DNA of 49,464 nucleotides. It comes from an uncultured Methylotenera sp. GTDB taxonomy: Bacteria; Pseudomonadota; Gammaproteobacteria; Burkholderiales; Methylophilaceae. Below, piece after piece: positions 8,554 through 18,779 of the stretch. Below the pieces are notes generated by a model that was not told the origin of the DNA, did no database searches, and saw only the letters and a list, made by a program, of their open reading frames with translations. A program made the translations under genes and the position numbers. Numbering within the stretch: the first letter of the stretch is position 1; each line of letters starts with the position of its first letter. The stretch spans positions 1 to 49,464 of the forward strand of contig CAYTIV010000001.1 of the NCBI GenBank assembly GCA_964437895.1, read 5' to 3'.

Positions 8554-11500
8554 ATGCTGAATTGCCTCTCCTCCGTCCTGTCTCGTTTCTATCAATCCCG
8601 CACCAGCAAAGTGCTGGCGGGACTGATTGTGTTCTACTTTCTGTTTGCTTGGCTGGCCATCAACCCGCTGGCCAAAGCCTTGCTGCCTTGGATTGCAGAA
8701 AAACAACTGGCCAGTCGCGCCAGTGTGGAAAGCGTGCGCTTTGACCCCTTGCGCCTGACAGCCACCTTGCGCAAATTTGCACTCACCACCCCCGACGGGG
8801 CACCGCTGGCAGCGTTTGATCGGCTGGTGGTGGATGTTGAAGCCGACGGCTTGCTGCACTGGGCCTGGAAGCTCAAGCAGATCACGCTCACGGCGCCACA
8901 AGTCCATGTCAGCATTTCCAAACAAGGCCAGCTGAACTGGGCCGCCCTCATCGCCAAGCTCAATGAGGAGCCCAGTCCGCCAGACCAGGATCTGCCTCGC
9001 CTCATCATCGAAAACATCCGTATCGAACAAGGCAATATTGCCTACCGTGACGAGCAAGCTGCCGTGCCATTACAAGCCGCGCTAAAGCCGCTAGATGTTG
9101 CACTGGAAGGATTCTCCACCCTGCCCGAAGACCGTGGCGCCTATCTGATTGCGGCCAAACTGCCCGCACAAGGAGGCACTCTTAAATGGAAAGGCAGCCT
9201 AAGCGTGAATCCTGTCGCCTCGCAGGGCACTGTGGCCATTGAAGGCTTACAGATAGACAAGCTGATGCAATGGGTGCAGGCCGCGGCTTGGCCGCTACGC
9301 GTCAGTCAGGGCCAGCTGTCCAGCCACTTCGATTATGATTTCTCACTCCCCGAGCAACACCCCAGACTGCTGCTCAAGCAGGCGCAGGTCCGCGTAGAGG
9401 CCTTGCAAGGGGCGTTGCCGCAACAGCGTACACTCGCGCTACAAGCCCTGCAACTAGAGACCAAACAACTGTTACTGACACAACACAGCCAGATGGCCAT
9501 CAATGCAGAGGCGCTGGCGTTGCACCTGGAGCAGCTGCGTCTCAGCGATACGCAATCCGCGTTTTCTGTAGATGCAGGCCAAGTCAGCCTGCCGCAATTG
9601 TCGCTGGCCATGGCCGCACAGCCGTCAGTCAAGTTTGATCAGCTCGCTTTACAGTTGCGCCAAGTACAGTTGCAGCGCGCTCAAAAAACACTGTTCTTGC
9701 TACCTGAGGCCCGGGTCGAAAACGTCAGCCTAGATTTGGCGGCGCATCAAGCCAGTGTCGCTGACATACAGCTGACTCAAGGGCAACTCTCCGCCACACA
9801 AGACCGCACAGGACTGGACTGGCAGCAGGTGTTTGCCCTGCCAGCCAAGACCACTAGCCCGTCTCCCGCAGACGACACAAACACATCCAGCGCAGACGAG
9901 CCGCTGCACTGGGCCATCAACCATGTGACGCTCGCCCACTGGCAGGTCGCGTATACCGACCAGCAGTTGGCGCACCCCTTGCAGGCCAGTATCGGCGACT
10001 TGAATATTCAGCTGGCGTTGGATGACAGCAGCGGCGTACACCTCAAGCAGATGCAGGTCGATGCGCAAAAAGTCAGCCTGCAATCCAACCAGCAGCCGGC
10101 TGCAACGCTGGCCAGACTGTCCATTCAAGATGCGGGACTGATGCTGGATAAACAACAGATCGATATTAAAGCCATAGAATTAAAGGGTTTGCAAAGTGCG
10201 GTGATCCGTCGCCCGGACCAGCGCTTGAACTGGCAGGAAATCCTGTCTCCCGGGCCGGGGGCAACGCCCGCGGCGAGCGCGCCGCCCTCGCCGGTCAAAC
10301 CTAAACCCTGGGCAGTGGCGCTGCACCGCTTTGGCTTGGAGCAGGCGGCCCTGCATATTGAAGACCAGACCACGGCCACACCGGTGGTGATGGATGTCAC
10401 CGAGGCGCATCTGGAAGCGACCCATATGTCACAAGACTTGGCGCGTCCACTGCCGGTCAAAGCCGGCTTCAGCCTCAAGCAGGGGGGACAGTTCAAGCTG
10501 CAGGGCATGGTGGCAGTGGCGCCGCTCAAAGCTGATCTGCAATGCGATCTGAACGCTTTGTCACTTAAACCGTTGGCCCCTTATGTACAGCAAGTGGCGC
10601 TGTTACGATTGGATGACGGCACAGCCTCCCTGCATGGCAAACTGCAATTGGCCGCGGCAGGCAACGCGACGTTTCGCGGCGGATTCAGTGTAGACCAGTT
10701 GCGCCTAAATGAAGAAAACAGCACACAGGCGTTCTTGCGCTGGGAACAACTGCAAGGCGAGGGTCTGACACTGTCGCTAGCACCCAATGCCTTGCAACTA
10801 GACAGACTCACCCTGAGCAAACCACAGGGCGCATTCATCATTTACCCTGACCACAGCCTCAATCTCAGCAAAGTCATGCGCCCCGCACAGAACAGCCCCA
10901 CCGCCGTGGCCACAACATCCACGCCAAGCACACCCACGTCGACTACAGGCTCCGCCCCACGTGCTGAAGGCGCCTCTGCGGCGGCTAGCTTCCCGGTCTC
11001 GGTGGACAGCGTGCGTATACAACAGGCAGAACTGGAATTTGCCGACCTTTCTCTGCCTCAAGCCTTTGGTACGCATATACACAGTCTGGGCGGCGTCATC
11101 AACGGCATTTCTAGCAACCCGGCGGCTACGGCGCAGGTTGAGCTGGATGGCAAAGTGGATGACTATGGGGCTGCGCGCATCCGAGGTGCGCTACAACCGT
11201 TCAGAGCCACGGAATTTACCGACCTCAGGCTGGCATTCACCAACCTGGAGATGAACCGGCTGACCCCCTACTCCGGCAAGTTTGCCGGACGTAAAATCGA
11301 ATCAGGCAAACTGTCGGTAGACTTGGGCTACAAGATCAAGCAACGGGCATTGGTAGGCGAGAACAGGTTTGTGATCAACAAACTGACGCTGGGCAGCAAG
11401 GTCGACAGCAAAGAGGCGGCGAATCTGCCGCTGGATCTGGCGATTGCCATTCTCGAAGACAGCAATGGCGTCATTGATCTGGATTTGCCCGTCAGTGGCA

Positions 11501-12180
11501 GTCTGGATGACCCCAAATTTAGCATGGGGGGCCTGATATGGAAGGCCTTTACCAATGTATTAACCAAGATCGTCACCGCCCCTTTCAGCGCACTGGGCAA
11601 ACTGTTCGGCGGTACCGAAAAACTGGAAGCGATTGTATTTGACCCCGGCGCAGCAGTCATCAACCCGCCCGAGTTGGAAAAACTGCAGGCGGTGAGTGCG
11701 GCACTCGCAAAACGCCAGCAATTGCAGCTCGGCATCGTGCCCGCTTATGACGTCAACACAGATACGCGTGCCATCCGTGAAAAGACCTTGCGTCAACAGG
11801 TGAGCACAGAAATGGGCATCCGGCTGTCGCCAGATCAAGCACCAGGGCCGATAGACCTGAACAACGCCAAAGTACAGTCAGCCATCCGCACGCTGCATGA
11901 CCGACTGACCAGCAAAGGTCTGCTCAAACGGTTGACGGCCAAGCTGGAAAAGGTGCCGGAGGGGTATTATGCAGAAGCGCAGGCACAGCTGACAGAGAGC
12001 ATTGTCGTCAGCGAGTCAGCGTTGCAAGCGTTGGCCAATGCCCGTGCCGCAGCCATCAAAAAGACCTTGCTGGCAGCGGGTGTAACGGACGATCGTTTGA
12101 GCCTGCAACCTGCAGTCGTGGCCAAAGCCGAGCGTGATCAGGTGCCGTTGAAGCTGACACTGGAAGCGCGCAAGCATTAG
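8554..12180 (+). CDS. Large DUF748-repeat (AsmA-like) envelope protein with OmpA-like C-terminal region
   Basis: 1208 aa; N-terminal TM; repeated beta-rich units ending in LNW/LDW; TPYSGKFAG, LPLDLAIAILEDSNGVIDLDLPVSGSLDDP. Confidence 0.8.
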   Translation: MLNCLSSVLSRFYQSRTSKVLAGLIVFYFLFAWLAINPLAKALLPWIAEKQLASRASVESVRFDPLRLTATLRKFALTTPDGAPLAAFDRLVVDVEADGLLHWAWKLKQITLTAPQVHVSISKQGQLNWAALIAKLNEEPSPPDQDLPRLIIENIRIEQGNIAYRDEQAAVPLQAALKPLDVALEGFSTLPEDRGAYLIAAKLPAQGGTLKWKGSLSVNPVASQGTVAIEGLQIDKLMQWVQAAAWPLRVSQGQLSSHFDYDFSLPEQHPRLLLKQAQVRVEALQGALPQQRTLALQALQLETKQLLLTQHSQMAINAEALALHLEQLRLSDTQSAFSVDAGQVSLPQLSLAMAAQPSVKFDQLALQLRQVQLQRAQKTLFLLPEARVENVSLDLAAHQASVADIQLTQGQLSATQDRTGLDWQQVFALPAKTTSPSPADDTNTSSADEPLHWAINHVTLAHWQVAYTDQQLAHPLQASIGDLNIQLALDDSSGVHLKQMQVDAQKVSLQSNQQPAATLARLSIQDAGLMLDKQQIDIKAIELKGLQSAVIRRPDQRLNWQEILSPGPGATPAASAPPSPVKPKPWAVALHRFGLEQAALHIEDQTTATPVVMDVTEAHLEATHMSQDLARPLPVKAGFSLKQGGQFKLQGMVAVAPLKADLQCDLNALSLKPLAPYVQQVALLRLDDGTASLHGKLQLAAAGNATFRGGFSVDQLRLNEENSTQAFLRWEQLQGEGLTLSLAPNALQLDRLTLSKPQGAFIIYPDHSLNLSKVMRPAQNSPTAVATTSTPSTPTSTTGSAPRAEGASAAASFPVSVDSVRIQQAELEFADLSLPQAFGTHIHSLGGVINGISSNPAATAQVELDGKVDDYGAARIRGALQPFRATEFTDLRLAFTNLEMNRLTPYSGKFAGRKIESGKLSVDLGYKIKQRALVGENRFVINKLTLGSKVDSKEAANLPLDLAIAILEDSNGVIDLDLPVSGSLDDPKFSMGGLIWKAFTNVLTKIVTAPFSALGKLFGGTEKLEAIVFDPGAAVINPPELEKLQAVSAALAKRQQLQLGIVPAYDVNTDTRAIREKTLRQQVSTEMGIRLSPDQAPGPIDLNNAKVQSAIRTLHDRLTSKGLLKRLTAKLEKVPEGYYAEAQAQLTESIVVSESALQALANARAAAIKKTLLAAGVTDDRLSLQPAVVAKAERDQVPLKLTLEARKH

Positions 12181-12213
12181 CGCGCGCCGCAAAGATGGGC
12201 GCAAAGAGAAGGA

Positions 12214-12855
12214 TTACATGATCATGAGAGTCAGCAGCTTTTGAAAAAAGCGTAAGACCGGTGAGAGCAACACACCCAGCACGCCGGTAAACAACAGCGC
12301 CATCAGAATCAGCATGCCATAGCGCTCCAGCTGTGCGAAACGGATGGCCGCTGGCATCGGCAGCAAACTGACCGCAATGCGGCCACCATCCAGCGGGGGC
12401 AACGGAAACAAATTCAGCACCAGCAATACCAGATTGATTTGCACCCCGGCCAGGCTCATCTGCGCCAGATAGGCTTGCGCAGACTCGGGAAACAAGCCGA
12501 CTCTCGCCAGCACCAGCCCCCAAGCCATCGCCATCACAAAGTTGGAAGCCGGCCCGGCCAGCGCCACCCACAACATGTCCTGCTTGGGTCGGCGCAACTG
12601 GCCAAAGTTTACAGGCACAGGCTTGGCCCATCCAAACAGTACGCCACCTAGTAGAATGCTGAGTGCCGGCAACAGCAAGGTGCCGATCGGATCAATATGT
12701 TTGAGCGGATTGAGCGTGATTCTGCCCAAGCGCTCGGCGGTCAGATCGCCAAAGTATTTGGCTGCGTAGCCATGGGCAGCCTCATGCACGGTAATGGCAA
12801 ACAATACCGGCAAGGCATAGGCGGCTATTTTCTGAACGACGGTCAACTCTTCCAT
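12214..12855 (-). CDS. Site-2 protease family (M50) membrane metalloprotease
   Basis: HEAAH zinc motif, NPLKHID, AGPASN, NLFPLPPLDGG. Confidence 0.92.
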   Translation of the reverse strand: MEELTVVQKIAAYALPVLFAITVHEAAHGYAAKYFGDLTAERLGRITLNPLKHIDPIGTLLLPALSILLGGVLFGWAKPVPVNFGQLRRPKQDMLWVALAGPASNFVMAMAWGLVLARVGLFPESAQAYLAQMSLAGVQINLVLLVLNLFPLPPLDGGRIAVSLLPMPAAIRFAQLERYGMLILMALLFTGVLGVLLSPVLRFFQKLLTLMIM

Positions 12856-12876
12856 CAGCGGTACTTTCTTAATCGA

Positions 12877-13488
12877 TTAAGGCCAGGGCGCGACACCGGC
12901 ACGCACCAGTTCTGGCGGCTCTTGTGTTAAATCCAGTACGGTGGTCGCACCCACATGCACAATATCACTATCCACCACGGCATCAATGTGATGCTCTAGC
13001 GCCTCGCGAATCTCCCAACCCACAGACATAGGGGCTTCATCGCCGGGCAGTTGTAGGGTCATGCTGAGCACTGGTGAGTCCAGTGCCTCCAGCAGCGCTT
13101 GTGTCACCACATGTTTAGGCACCCGCAAGCCGATGGTGCTGCGTTTGGGATGCTGCAAGCGACGGGGAACCTCACGGCTGGCTTCAAGCAAAAAGGTGTA
13201 GGCGCCCGGAGTCAAGGCCTTGAGTAATCTAAACTGGCTGTTATTAACCCGCGCATAGGTCCCGATTTCGGCCAGGTCGCGGCAGATCAGCGTAAAGGGA
13301 TGTTCATCATCCACGCCACGCAAACGGCGGATGCGGGTCTGCGCCTCTTTAAACTCCATCAAGCAAATCAGGGCATAGCTAGAATCGGTCGGGCAAGCCA
13401 GAATCCCGCCCTGCTTCAACAACTGGGCGGCTTGCTGAATCAGCCGACTCTGTGGGTTTTCAGCATGCATGACAAAATATTGCGCCAT
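12877..13488 (-). CDS. yciO: Sua5/YrdC-family protein YciO
   Basis: HAENPQSRLI, PTDSSYAL, TPGAYTFLL, KRSTIGLRVP, TTVLDL. Confidence 0.88.
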   Translation of the reverse strand: MAQYFVMHAENPQSRLIQQAAQLLKQGGILACPTDSSYALICLMEFKEAQTRIRRLRGVDDEHPFTLICRDLAEIGTYARVNNSQFRLLKALTPGAYTFLLEASREVPRRLQHPKRSTIGLRVPKHVVTQALLEALDSPVLSMTLQLPGDEAPMSVGWEIREALEHHIDAVVDSDIVHVGATTVLDLTQEPPELVRAGVAPWP

Positions 13489-13502
13489 CAGTCAGCTCCT
13501 TA

Positions 13503-14372
13503 TCAGCTATTCAGCGAGGCCTGCCAGGCCGCCACTTCGGGCCAGTCGTGCCACACCGGCACACAGCCTGAAGGCAACGCCGGCAGGCGCCCCATCTCCA
13601 TGTAGGACATGCCAGGGCCGTGGTAATCCGAACCTTGTGAGGCTTTGAGATCGAAGCGGTGCGCCAGTTTTGCAAACTGATCATACTGCGGAGGCTGATG
13701 GCTGCCAGTGACCACTTCTATCGCTGCCCCGCCCAGATTTCTAAACTCATTCAACAGTAGATGCATATTGACGAAGCCTAGGTCATAGCGTCCTGGATGC
13801 GCCAGTACGGCGATGCCGCCACTTTCACGAATCAAGGTCAGCGCATCTTCCAGACTCATCCACTCATGGTTCACGTACCCTGGCTTGCCTTTCACCATAT
13901 ATTTTTTGAACACGGCCTTCACATTTTTGGCGATGCCTTGTTTGATCAAAAACTGGGCAAAATGGCTGCGTGTCATCACGCTGTTGCCGGCCAGTTCCCG
14001 CGCGCCCTCATAAGCCCCGGCGATACCCGCCTTGGCCAGACCTTCAGCAATCAGGTGCGCACGGGCATCTCTACCCTGCCGGACCTGCTCAAAGGTTTCT
14101 AGCAGGCGCGGATGTTGCGGATCCACGCGCAAGCCCACCACATGCAGGGTGCGCTTTTTCCAGGTGACCGAAATCTCGATGCCATCAATAAAGGCCACGC
14201 CTTGCTGCTCAGCTGCCGCACGTGCACGTGCCAAGCCGCTGACCTCGTCATGATCAGTCAAGGCGAGAATGCGCACCCCTTTGCTGGCAGCATGCGCCAC
14301 CAGCGCCTCGGGGGTCAGCAATCCATCAGACATGGTGGAGTGGCAATGTAGATCTATGGGAACAGACATCAT
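13503..14372 (-). CDS. PHP-domain phosphoesterase (TrpH/YciV family)
   Basis: DLHCHSTMSDG, ALTDHD, LAHPGRY, GSDYHG. Confidence 0.9.
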   Translation of the reverse strand: MMSVPIDLHCHSTMSDGLLTPEALVAHAASKGVRILALTDHDEVSGLARARAAAEQQGVAFIDGIEISVTWKKRTLHVVGLRVDPQHPRLLETFEQVRQGRDARAHLIAEGLAKAGIAGAYEGARELAGNSVMTRSHFAQFLIKQGIAKNVKAVFKKYMVKGKPGYVNHEWMSLEDALTLIRESGGIAVLAHPGRYDLGFVNMHLLLNEFRNLGGAAIEVVTGSHQPPQYDQFAKLAHRFDLKASQGSDYHGPGMSYMEMGRLPALPSGCVPVWHDWPEVAAWQASLNS

Positions 14373-14498
14373 GATGGGTAGCCATGTCGCGCGCGGTCAC
14401 GCACGCATGTCTAAAAGGTCAACCTTTACATATTGACAGAAATCATAGCAAAATAGTGCCCTTACAGATAGCAGGAATTCAGCGCGCTGAAGCCAGTC

Positions 14499-15044
14499 AT
14501 GCAAGTCATTACCGATTTATTGCCCGTGATTCTCTTTTTTATTGCCTACAAAAAAGCAGGCATCTTTGCCGCCACGGCCGTGGCCATGATCAGCACGCTG
14601 GTACTAATGCTCATTGTGTGGATCAAACGTGGCAAGATCGACAAGATGCTGGCCATCAATGGCGCCGTCATTACCATACTGGGCGGCATCACCCTGCTCT
14701 TGCATGACAAAACCTACATCATGTGGAAGCCTACGGCCATCTACTGGATCGGGGCTTTGGCACTGCTGATCAGCCGTTATGCGATCAAGCGCAACCTGAT
14801 TCAAAATATGCTGGGCAAGGTCATGGCACCGCCAGCCGCCACCTGGGACCTTCTGAACCTTTGCTGGATAGGCTTTCTGGTCGGCATGGGCCTACTGAAC
14901 CTGTATGTGGCCTTTCATTACAGTGAGGATGACTGGGTCAACTTCAAACTGTTTGGCGCAACCAGCCTGATGTTCGTTTTTATTATTGCCCAGGTGTTTG
15001 CGCTCAAGGCTCATTGGATTGAACAAAACACCCCCTCCGCCTGA
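14499..15044 (+). CDS. yciB: Inner-membrane protein YciB (septation protein A)
   Basis: DLLPVILFFIAYK, IMWKPT, WVNFKLFG. Confidence 0.92.
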   Translation: MQVITDLLPVILFFIAYKKAGIFAATAVAMISTLVLMLIVWIKRGKIDKMLAINGAVITILGGITLLLHDKTYIMWKPTAIYWIGALALLISRYAIKRNLIQNMLGKVMAPPAATWDLLNLCWIGFLVGMGLLNLYVAFHYSEDDWVNFKLFGATSLMFVFIIAQVFALKAHWIEQNTPSA

Positions 15045-15060
15045 CTAAGAGACAACCACC

Positions 15061-15360
15061 ATGCTTTACATGATTTACGCCCAAGACACCGCAGGTAGCC
15101 TGCCACAACGACTGGCGCATCGCCCGCTGCATCTGGCCCGCTTGCAGCAATTGCAAAATGAAGGCCGCTTGCTTTTGGCGGGCCCTTTGCCCGCGATTGA
15201 CAGCGTAGACCCCGGTGAAGCCGGGTTTACCGGCAGCCTGATTGTCGCCGAGTTTGACAGCCTGCAAGCCGCAACAGACTGGGCCAATGACGATCCCTTT
15301 GTGCACGCAGGCGTATATGCCCAGGTGACTGTCAAGCCGTTCAGAAAGACCTTGCCTTAA
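15061..15360 (+). CDS. yciI: YciI family protein
   Basis: [32 protein letters not shown]. Confidence 0.92.
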   Translation: MLYMIYAQDTAGSLPQRLAHRPLHLARLQQLQNEGRLLLAGPLPAIDSVDPGEAGFTGSLIVAEFDSLQAATDWANDDPFVHAGVYAQVTVKPFRKTLP

Positions 15361-15361
15361 C

Positions 15362-15625
15362 ATGCTGACTGAAGAAATCACGCAACGCCTGCAAGTATTG
15401 CAACCCCTGGAAATCCGGCTTCAGGACGACAGTGAACAGCACCGCGGACACGCTGGAAACGGCGGTGGTGGCCACTTCACGCTGACGGTAAAAAGCTCGC
15501 TATTTTCAGGAAAATCACACATAATGCGCCATCGCATGGTTTATGAATGTTTACAAGATTTAATACCTCATCGCATACACGCATTAAGTATTCACGCTTT
15601 AGCGGCCGATGAGTCATTTGCTTGA
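15362..15625 (+). CDS. bolA: BolA family protein
   Basis: DDSEQHRGH, GHF, RHRMVY, IHALSI. Confidence 0.9.
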   Translation: MLTEEITQRLQVLQPLEIRLQDDSEQHRGHAGNGGGGHFTLTVKSSLFSGKSHIMRHRMVYECLQDLIPHRIHALSIHALAADESFA

Positions 15626-15680
15626 AACAATCCTGTTTTTTAATATCGCACCAATTCAAATCGTTATATAAGGATATTGC

Positions 15681-16490
15681 ATGAAATTTTTGAAAGTAAT
15701 GTTGGCGATTGTTTGCCTGAGCGCACTGCCACACGTGCATGCGGCGGATGCCGATGCAGTTGCTACCGTCAATGGCAAACCGATTAAAAAGAGCTGGGTA
15801 GATTTCATCCTGCGTGACGCCGAGGCCAGATCCGGCCAAAAAGCCAACGACAACATGAAAGCTGCCGTGGTGAACGAGCTGGTGGGCTCAGAGCTGGCCT
15901 ATCAGGAAGCGCAAAAAGCGGGCATCGACAAATTGCCTGACTTTGTGGCGAGTGAAGAGTTGGCACGCCGTAAACTGCTGGTAAATGCGTTTTTGGCTGA
16001 CTTCATCAAGAAAAACCCAGTGACAGATGCCGAGAAAAAAGAAGGCTACGAGCAGTACAAAAAAGAACTGGGTGACAAAGAATATAACGCCCGTCACATT
16101 CTGGTCAAAACAGAAGCGGAAGCCAAAGCCATTATTGCCGACCTGAAAAAAGGCACTGACTTTGCCAAAGTAGCCAAAGAGAAATCTCAGGATCCAGGCT
16201 CTAAAGACAAAGGCGGCGATCTGGGCTGGTTCTCTCCAGCTGGCATGGTGAAGCCTTTTGCTGAAGCGTTGATCGCACTGAAAAAAGGTGAGACCACACC
16301 AGAGCCCGTACAGTCACAATTCGGCTGGCACGTGATTAAACTGGTGGATACCCGTGCGTTGCAAGCGCCCGCTTACGAAAAAGTACAAGAAGGGATCGAG
16401 CGTACCATCCAGCAACGTAAACTGGAAAAGTACATGTTGAGCCTGAAAGACAAAGCCAAGATTGATGTCAGCGGTCTGGACAAGAAATAA
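15681..16490 (+). CDS. Periplasmic parvulin (PpiC-type) peptidyl-prolyl isomerase
   Basis: Signal peptide; ARHILV, SQDPGS, GGDLGWF, SQFGWHVIK. Confidence 0.92.
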   Translation: MKFLKVMLAIVCLSALPHVHAADADAVATVNGKPIKKSWVDFILRDAEARSGQKANDNMKAAVVNELVGSELAYQEAQKAGIDKLPDFVASEELARRKLLVNAFLADFIKKNPVTDAEKKEGYEQYKKELGDKEYNARHILVKTEAEAKAIIADLKKGTDFAKVAKEKSQDPGSKDKGGDLGWFSPAGMVKPFAEALIALKKGETTPEPVQSQFGWHVIKLVDTRALQAPAYEKVQEGIERTIQQRKLEKYMLSLKDKAKIDVSGLDKK

Positions 16491-16511
16491 CCTCCCCTGC
16501 ATCATGCCCTC

Positions 16512-16544
16512 AAAAAGCCAGTTTCGACTGGCTTTTTTGTTTTT
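16512..16544 (+). terminator. Intrinsic terminator after PPIase
   Basis: AAAAAGCCAGT-TTCG-ACTGGCTTTTTT. Confidence 0.88.
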
Positions 16545-16579
16545 AACAGCCATTTATTTGCGTGGCATTCTGAGATAAA

Positions 16580-16598
16580 ATCAAGAATTATTCTCATT
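16580..16598. promoter_or_regulatory. Fur box upstream of feoAB
   Basis: ATCAAGAATTATTCTCATT closely matches AATGAGAATnATTCTCATT; overlaps a TAAAAT -10 candidate (16576-16581); precedes iron-uptake genes. Confidence 0.75.
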
Positions 16599-16610
16599 TA
16601 TTGAGTTCAC

Positions 16611-16862
16611 ATGCATCTTGACGCACTCAAACCCGGACAAGTGGCCATTATTGACCGCATCCATGCTGAGCAGGCGCTGTCGCAGCGCCTGAACGCACTG
16701 GGGTTTCGTACCGGCAAACAGCTGGAGGTGATTCGTCAAGCGGCCTTTAACGGACCGCTACACGTGCGCATTGGCTCTACCGACGTCATCATTCGCCTGC
16801 AAGATGCCAAAGCCATTCATCTGCACACTGCCTCTTCCACTCCAGAAAACGCCTCCGCATGA
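16611..16862 (+). CDS. feoA: Ferrous iron transport protein A
   Basis: RLNALGF, AAFNGPLHV; overlaps feoB start (ATGA). Confidence 0.9.
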   Translation: MHLDALKPGQVAIIDRIHAEQALSQRLNALGFRTGKQLEVIRQAAFNGPLHVRIGSTDVIIRLQDAKAIHLHTASSTPENASA

Positions 16863-18649
16863 AACGTGTCGCCCTGCTAGGAATGCCCAACACGGGCAAG
16901 TCCACCTTGTTTAACCGTTTGAGCGGCGCTTCGGCACGCGTGGGTAACTGGCCAGGCATCACCGTCGACCTAATGAGCGCCAAAATTCTTTTGGGCGGCC
17001 ATATTGCCGAACTGGTGGATCTGCCCGGCCTCTACGATTTGCATGGATTTTCAGATGATGAGCAGGTGGTCAGACATTTTTTGAGCCATCACCCGGTCGA
17101 TCTGGTCATGATCATTCTCAACAGCGCGCAGATTGACCGCCAACTGTCGCTCGCGCTGCAAATTCGTGCACTGGGTCTGCCTGCCGTGTTGCTACTCAAT
17201 ATGGAAGATGAAGCCAAGCGGGCTGGCATCACCATCGCCACCGAAGCGATGAGCAAACAACTGGGCCTACCCGTGCTCACCATCAGCGCCAAGTATGGTC
17301 AGGGATGCCCGGAGGCCTTGCAATTGGCCGCACACACCTTGCTGCAACGCCCCAATACCATCAGCCCCGAGGTGATTGCCAATAAACTGGAGATGGATAA
17401 CGCCATTGAGCAGGAGATGCACCAGATTATTGATCGCACGGTCCACTTCCCCTTGCAGCTGAATCACTCACTGACAGACCGCCTAGACAAAGTGCTGCTA
17501 CACCCCTGGCTGGGATTACCCCTGTTTTTGCTGGCAGTTTTTACGCTGTTTCAGTTCATATTCACCGTAGGTGCGCCGTTACAGGAGGGCATGGGCTGGT
17601 TGTTTGACACGCTGCGCAGCCAGCTGCTGGAGCCGCTACTGGCCAGCCTACCGACCTGGCTGAACGGCCTACTGCTAGACGGTCTTTACACGGGCTTTAG
17701 CACGGTAGCAGCCTTTGTGCCCATTATTGTGTTGTTCTTTCTGGTGATGAGCATGGTGGAAGACAGTGGCTACCTATCACGCGCCGCATTTTTGATGGAT
17801 ACACTGATGGCCAAAATGGGGCTGGATGGCCGCGGCTTCGTCATGATGCTAATGGGCTTTGGTTGCAATGTGCCCGCCCTGATGGGCACGCGCGTGATGC
17901 GCAGCCGCCCCATGCGCCTGCTGACCATGCTCACCATCCCGCTCTCCCTGTGTTCGGCCAGATTGCAGGTGTTCTTGTTCATCATCGCCATCCTGTTTCC
18001 GCCCGCCAAAGCGGCGATGGTGCTGTTTTCGCTCTATCTGGTCAGTTTTGCCACAATCTTTGTCACGGCCATTCTGTTCAAGCACCGCTTCACTAGCCAA
18101 GAGCCGTTTGTACTCGAACTGCCCCCGTATCGCTTTCCTACCCCGCAGCAAATCTGGATGCGCGGCTGGCAGGAGGTCAAACATTTTCTGGCACGCGCCA
18201 CTAAATTCATCGTCATCGGCGTCGTGCTGGTATGGCTGCTGACCCACTTGCCGACCACCGCCGTGCCGGCCAGCCCGGATACTTGGGCCGGCAGTATCGG
18301 CCGGTTCTTTGCCCCCGTACTCGACCCCATAGGCATAGACACCGAACTCGCCATTGCGCTGATTTTCGGCTTTGTGGCCAAAGAGATCGTCGTCGGCTCA
18401 CTGGCCGTGATCTATGGCCTGCAGGGCGACGCCCTCAGCCATCAGATTGCAGCCAATATCGACTGGGTACAAGGCATGAGCTTTATGTTGTTCACCCTGA
18501 TCTATACGCCCTGCCTGTCGACCATTGCCACGCTCAAATCCGAAAGTAAAAGCAGCGCCTTTATGTGGCTGTCGTTGGGCTGGTCCTTAGGGTTGGCCTG
18601 GCTGGTCAGCTTTGTTTTTTACCAGAGCGCACGCGCACTAGGTTACTAA
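16859..18649 (+). CDS. feoB: Ferrous iron transport protein B
   Basis: GMPNTGKS, GNWPGITVD, DLPGLY, EDSGYLSR, GFGCNVPA, LELPPYRFP, YTPC. Confidence 0.95.
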   Translation: MKRVALLGMPNTGKSTLFNRLSGASARVGNWPGITVDLMSAKILLGGHIAELVDLPGLYDLHGFSDDEQVVRHFLSHHPVDLVMIILNSAQIDRQLSLALQIRALGLPAVLLLNMEDEAKRAGITIATEAMSKQLGLPVLTISAKYGQGCPEALQLAAHTLLQRPNTISPEVIANKLEMDNAIEQEMHQIIDRTVHFPLQLNHSLTDRLDKVLLHPWLGLPLFLLAVFTLFQFIFTVGAPLQEGMGWLFDTLRSQLLEPLLASLPTWLNGLLLDGLYTGFSTVAAFVPIIVLFFLVMSMVEDSGYLSRAAFLMDTLMAKMGLDGRGFVMMLMGFGCNVPALMGTRVMRSRPMRLLTMLTIPLSLCSARLQVFLFIIAILFPPAKAAMVLFSLYLVSFATIFVTAILFKHRFTSQEPFVLELPPYRFPTPQQIWMRGWQEVKHFLARATKFIVIGVVLVWLLTHLPTTAVPASPDTWAGSIGRFFAPVLDPIGIDTELAIALIFGFVAKEIVVGSLAVIYGLQGDALSHQIAANIDWVQGMSFMLFTLIYTPCLSTIATLKSESKSSAFMWLSLGWSLGLAWLVSFVFYQSARALGY

Positions 18650-18667
18650 GCCGCAGCCAACCCATGC

Positions 18668-18694
18668 AACGGCCTGATCAATCAGGCCGTTTTT
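18668..18694 (+). terminator. Intrinsic terminator after feoB
   Basis: AACGGCCTGAT-CA-ATCAGGCCGTT followed by TTT. Confidence 0.82.
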
Positions 18695-18779
18695 GCAGGC
18701 TGTTCGATTAGCCCTGCGGGAAGACGCGCTTTCTGTTAAAATAACGGTTTGAATTTTCATTGAAAAATCCATCCGTCAC

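Noticed and set aside
18760-18779. purL and sucC both lack a clear SD and have TCCGTC just before the start
   Set aside because: A 6-nt match in two genes at different spacing is compatible with chance
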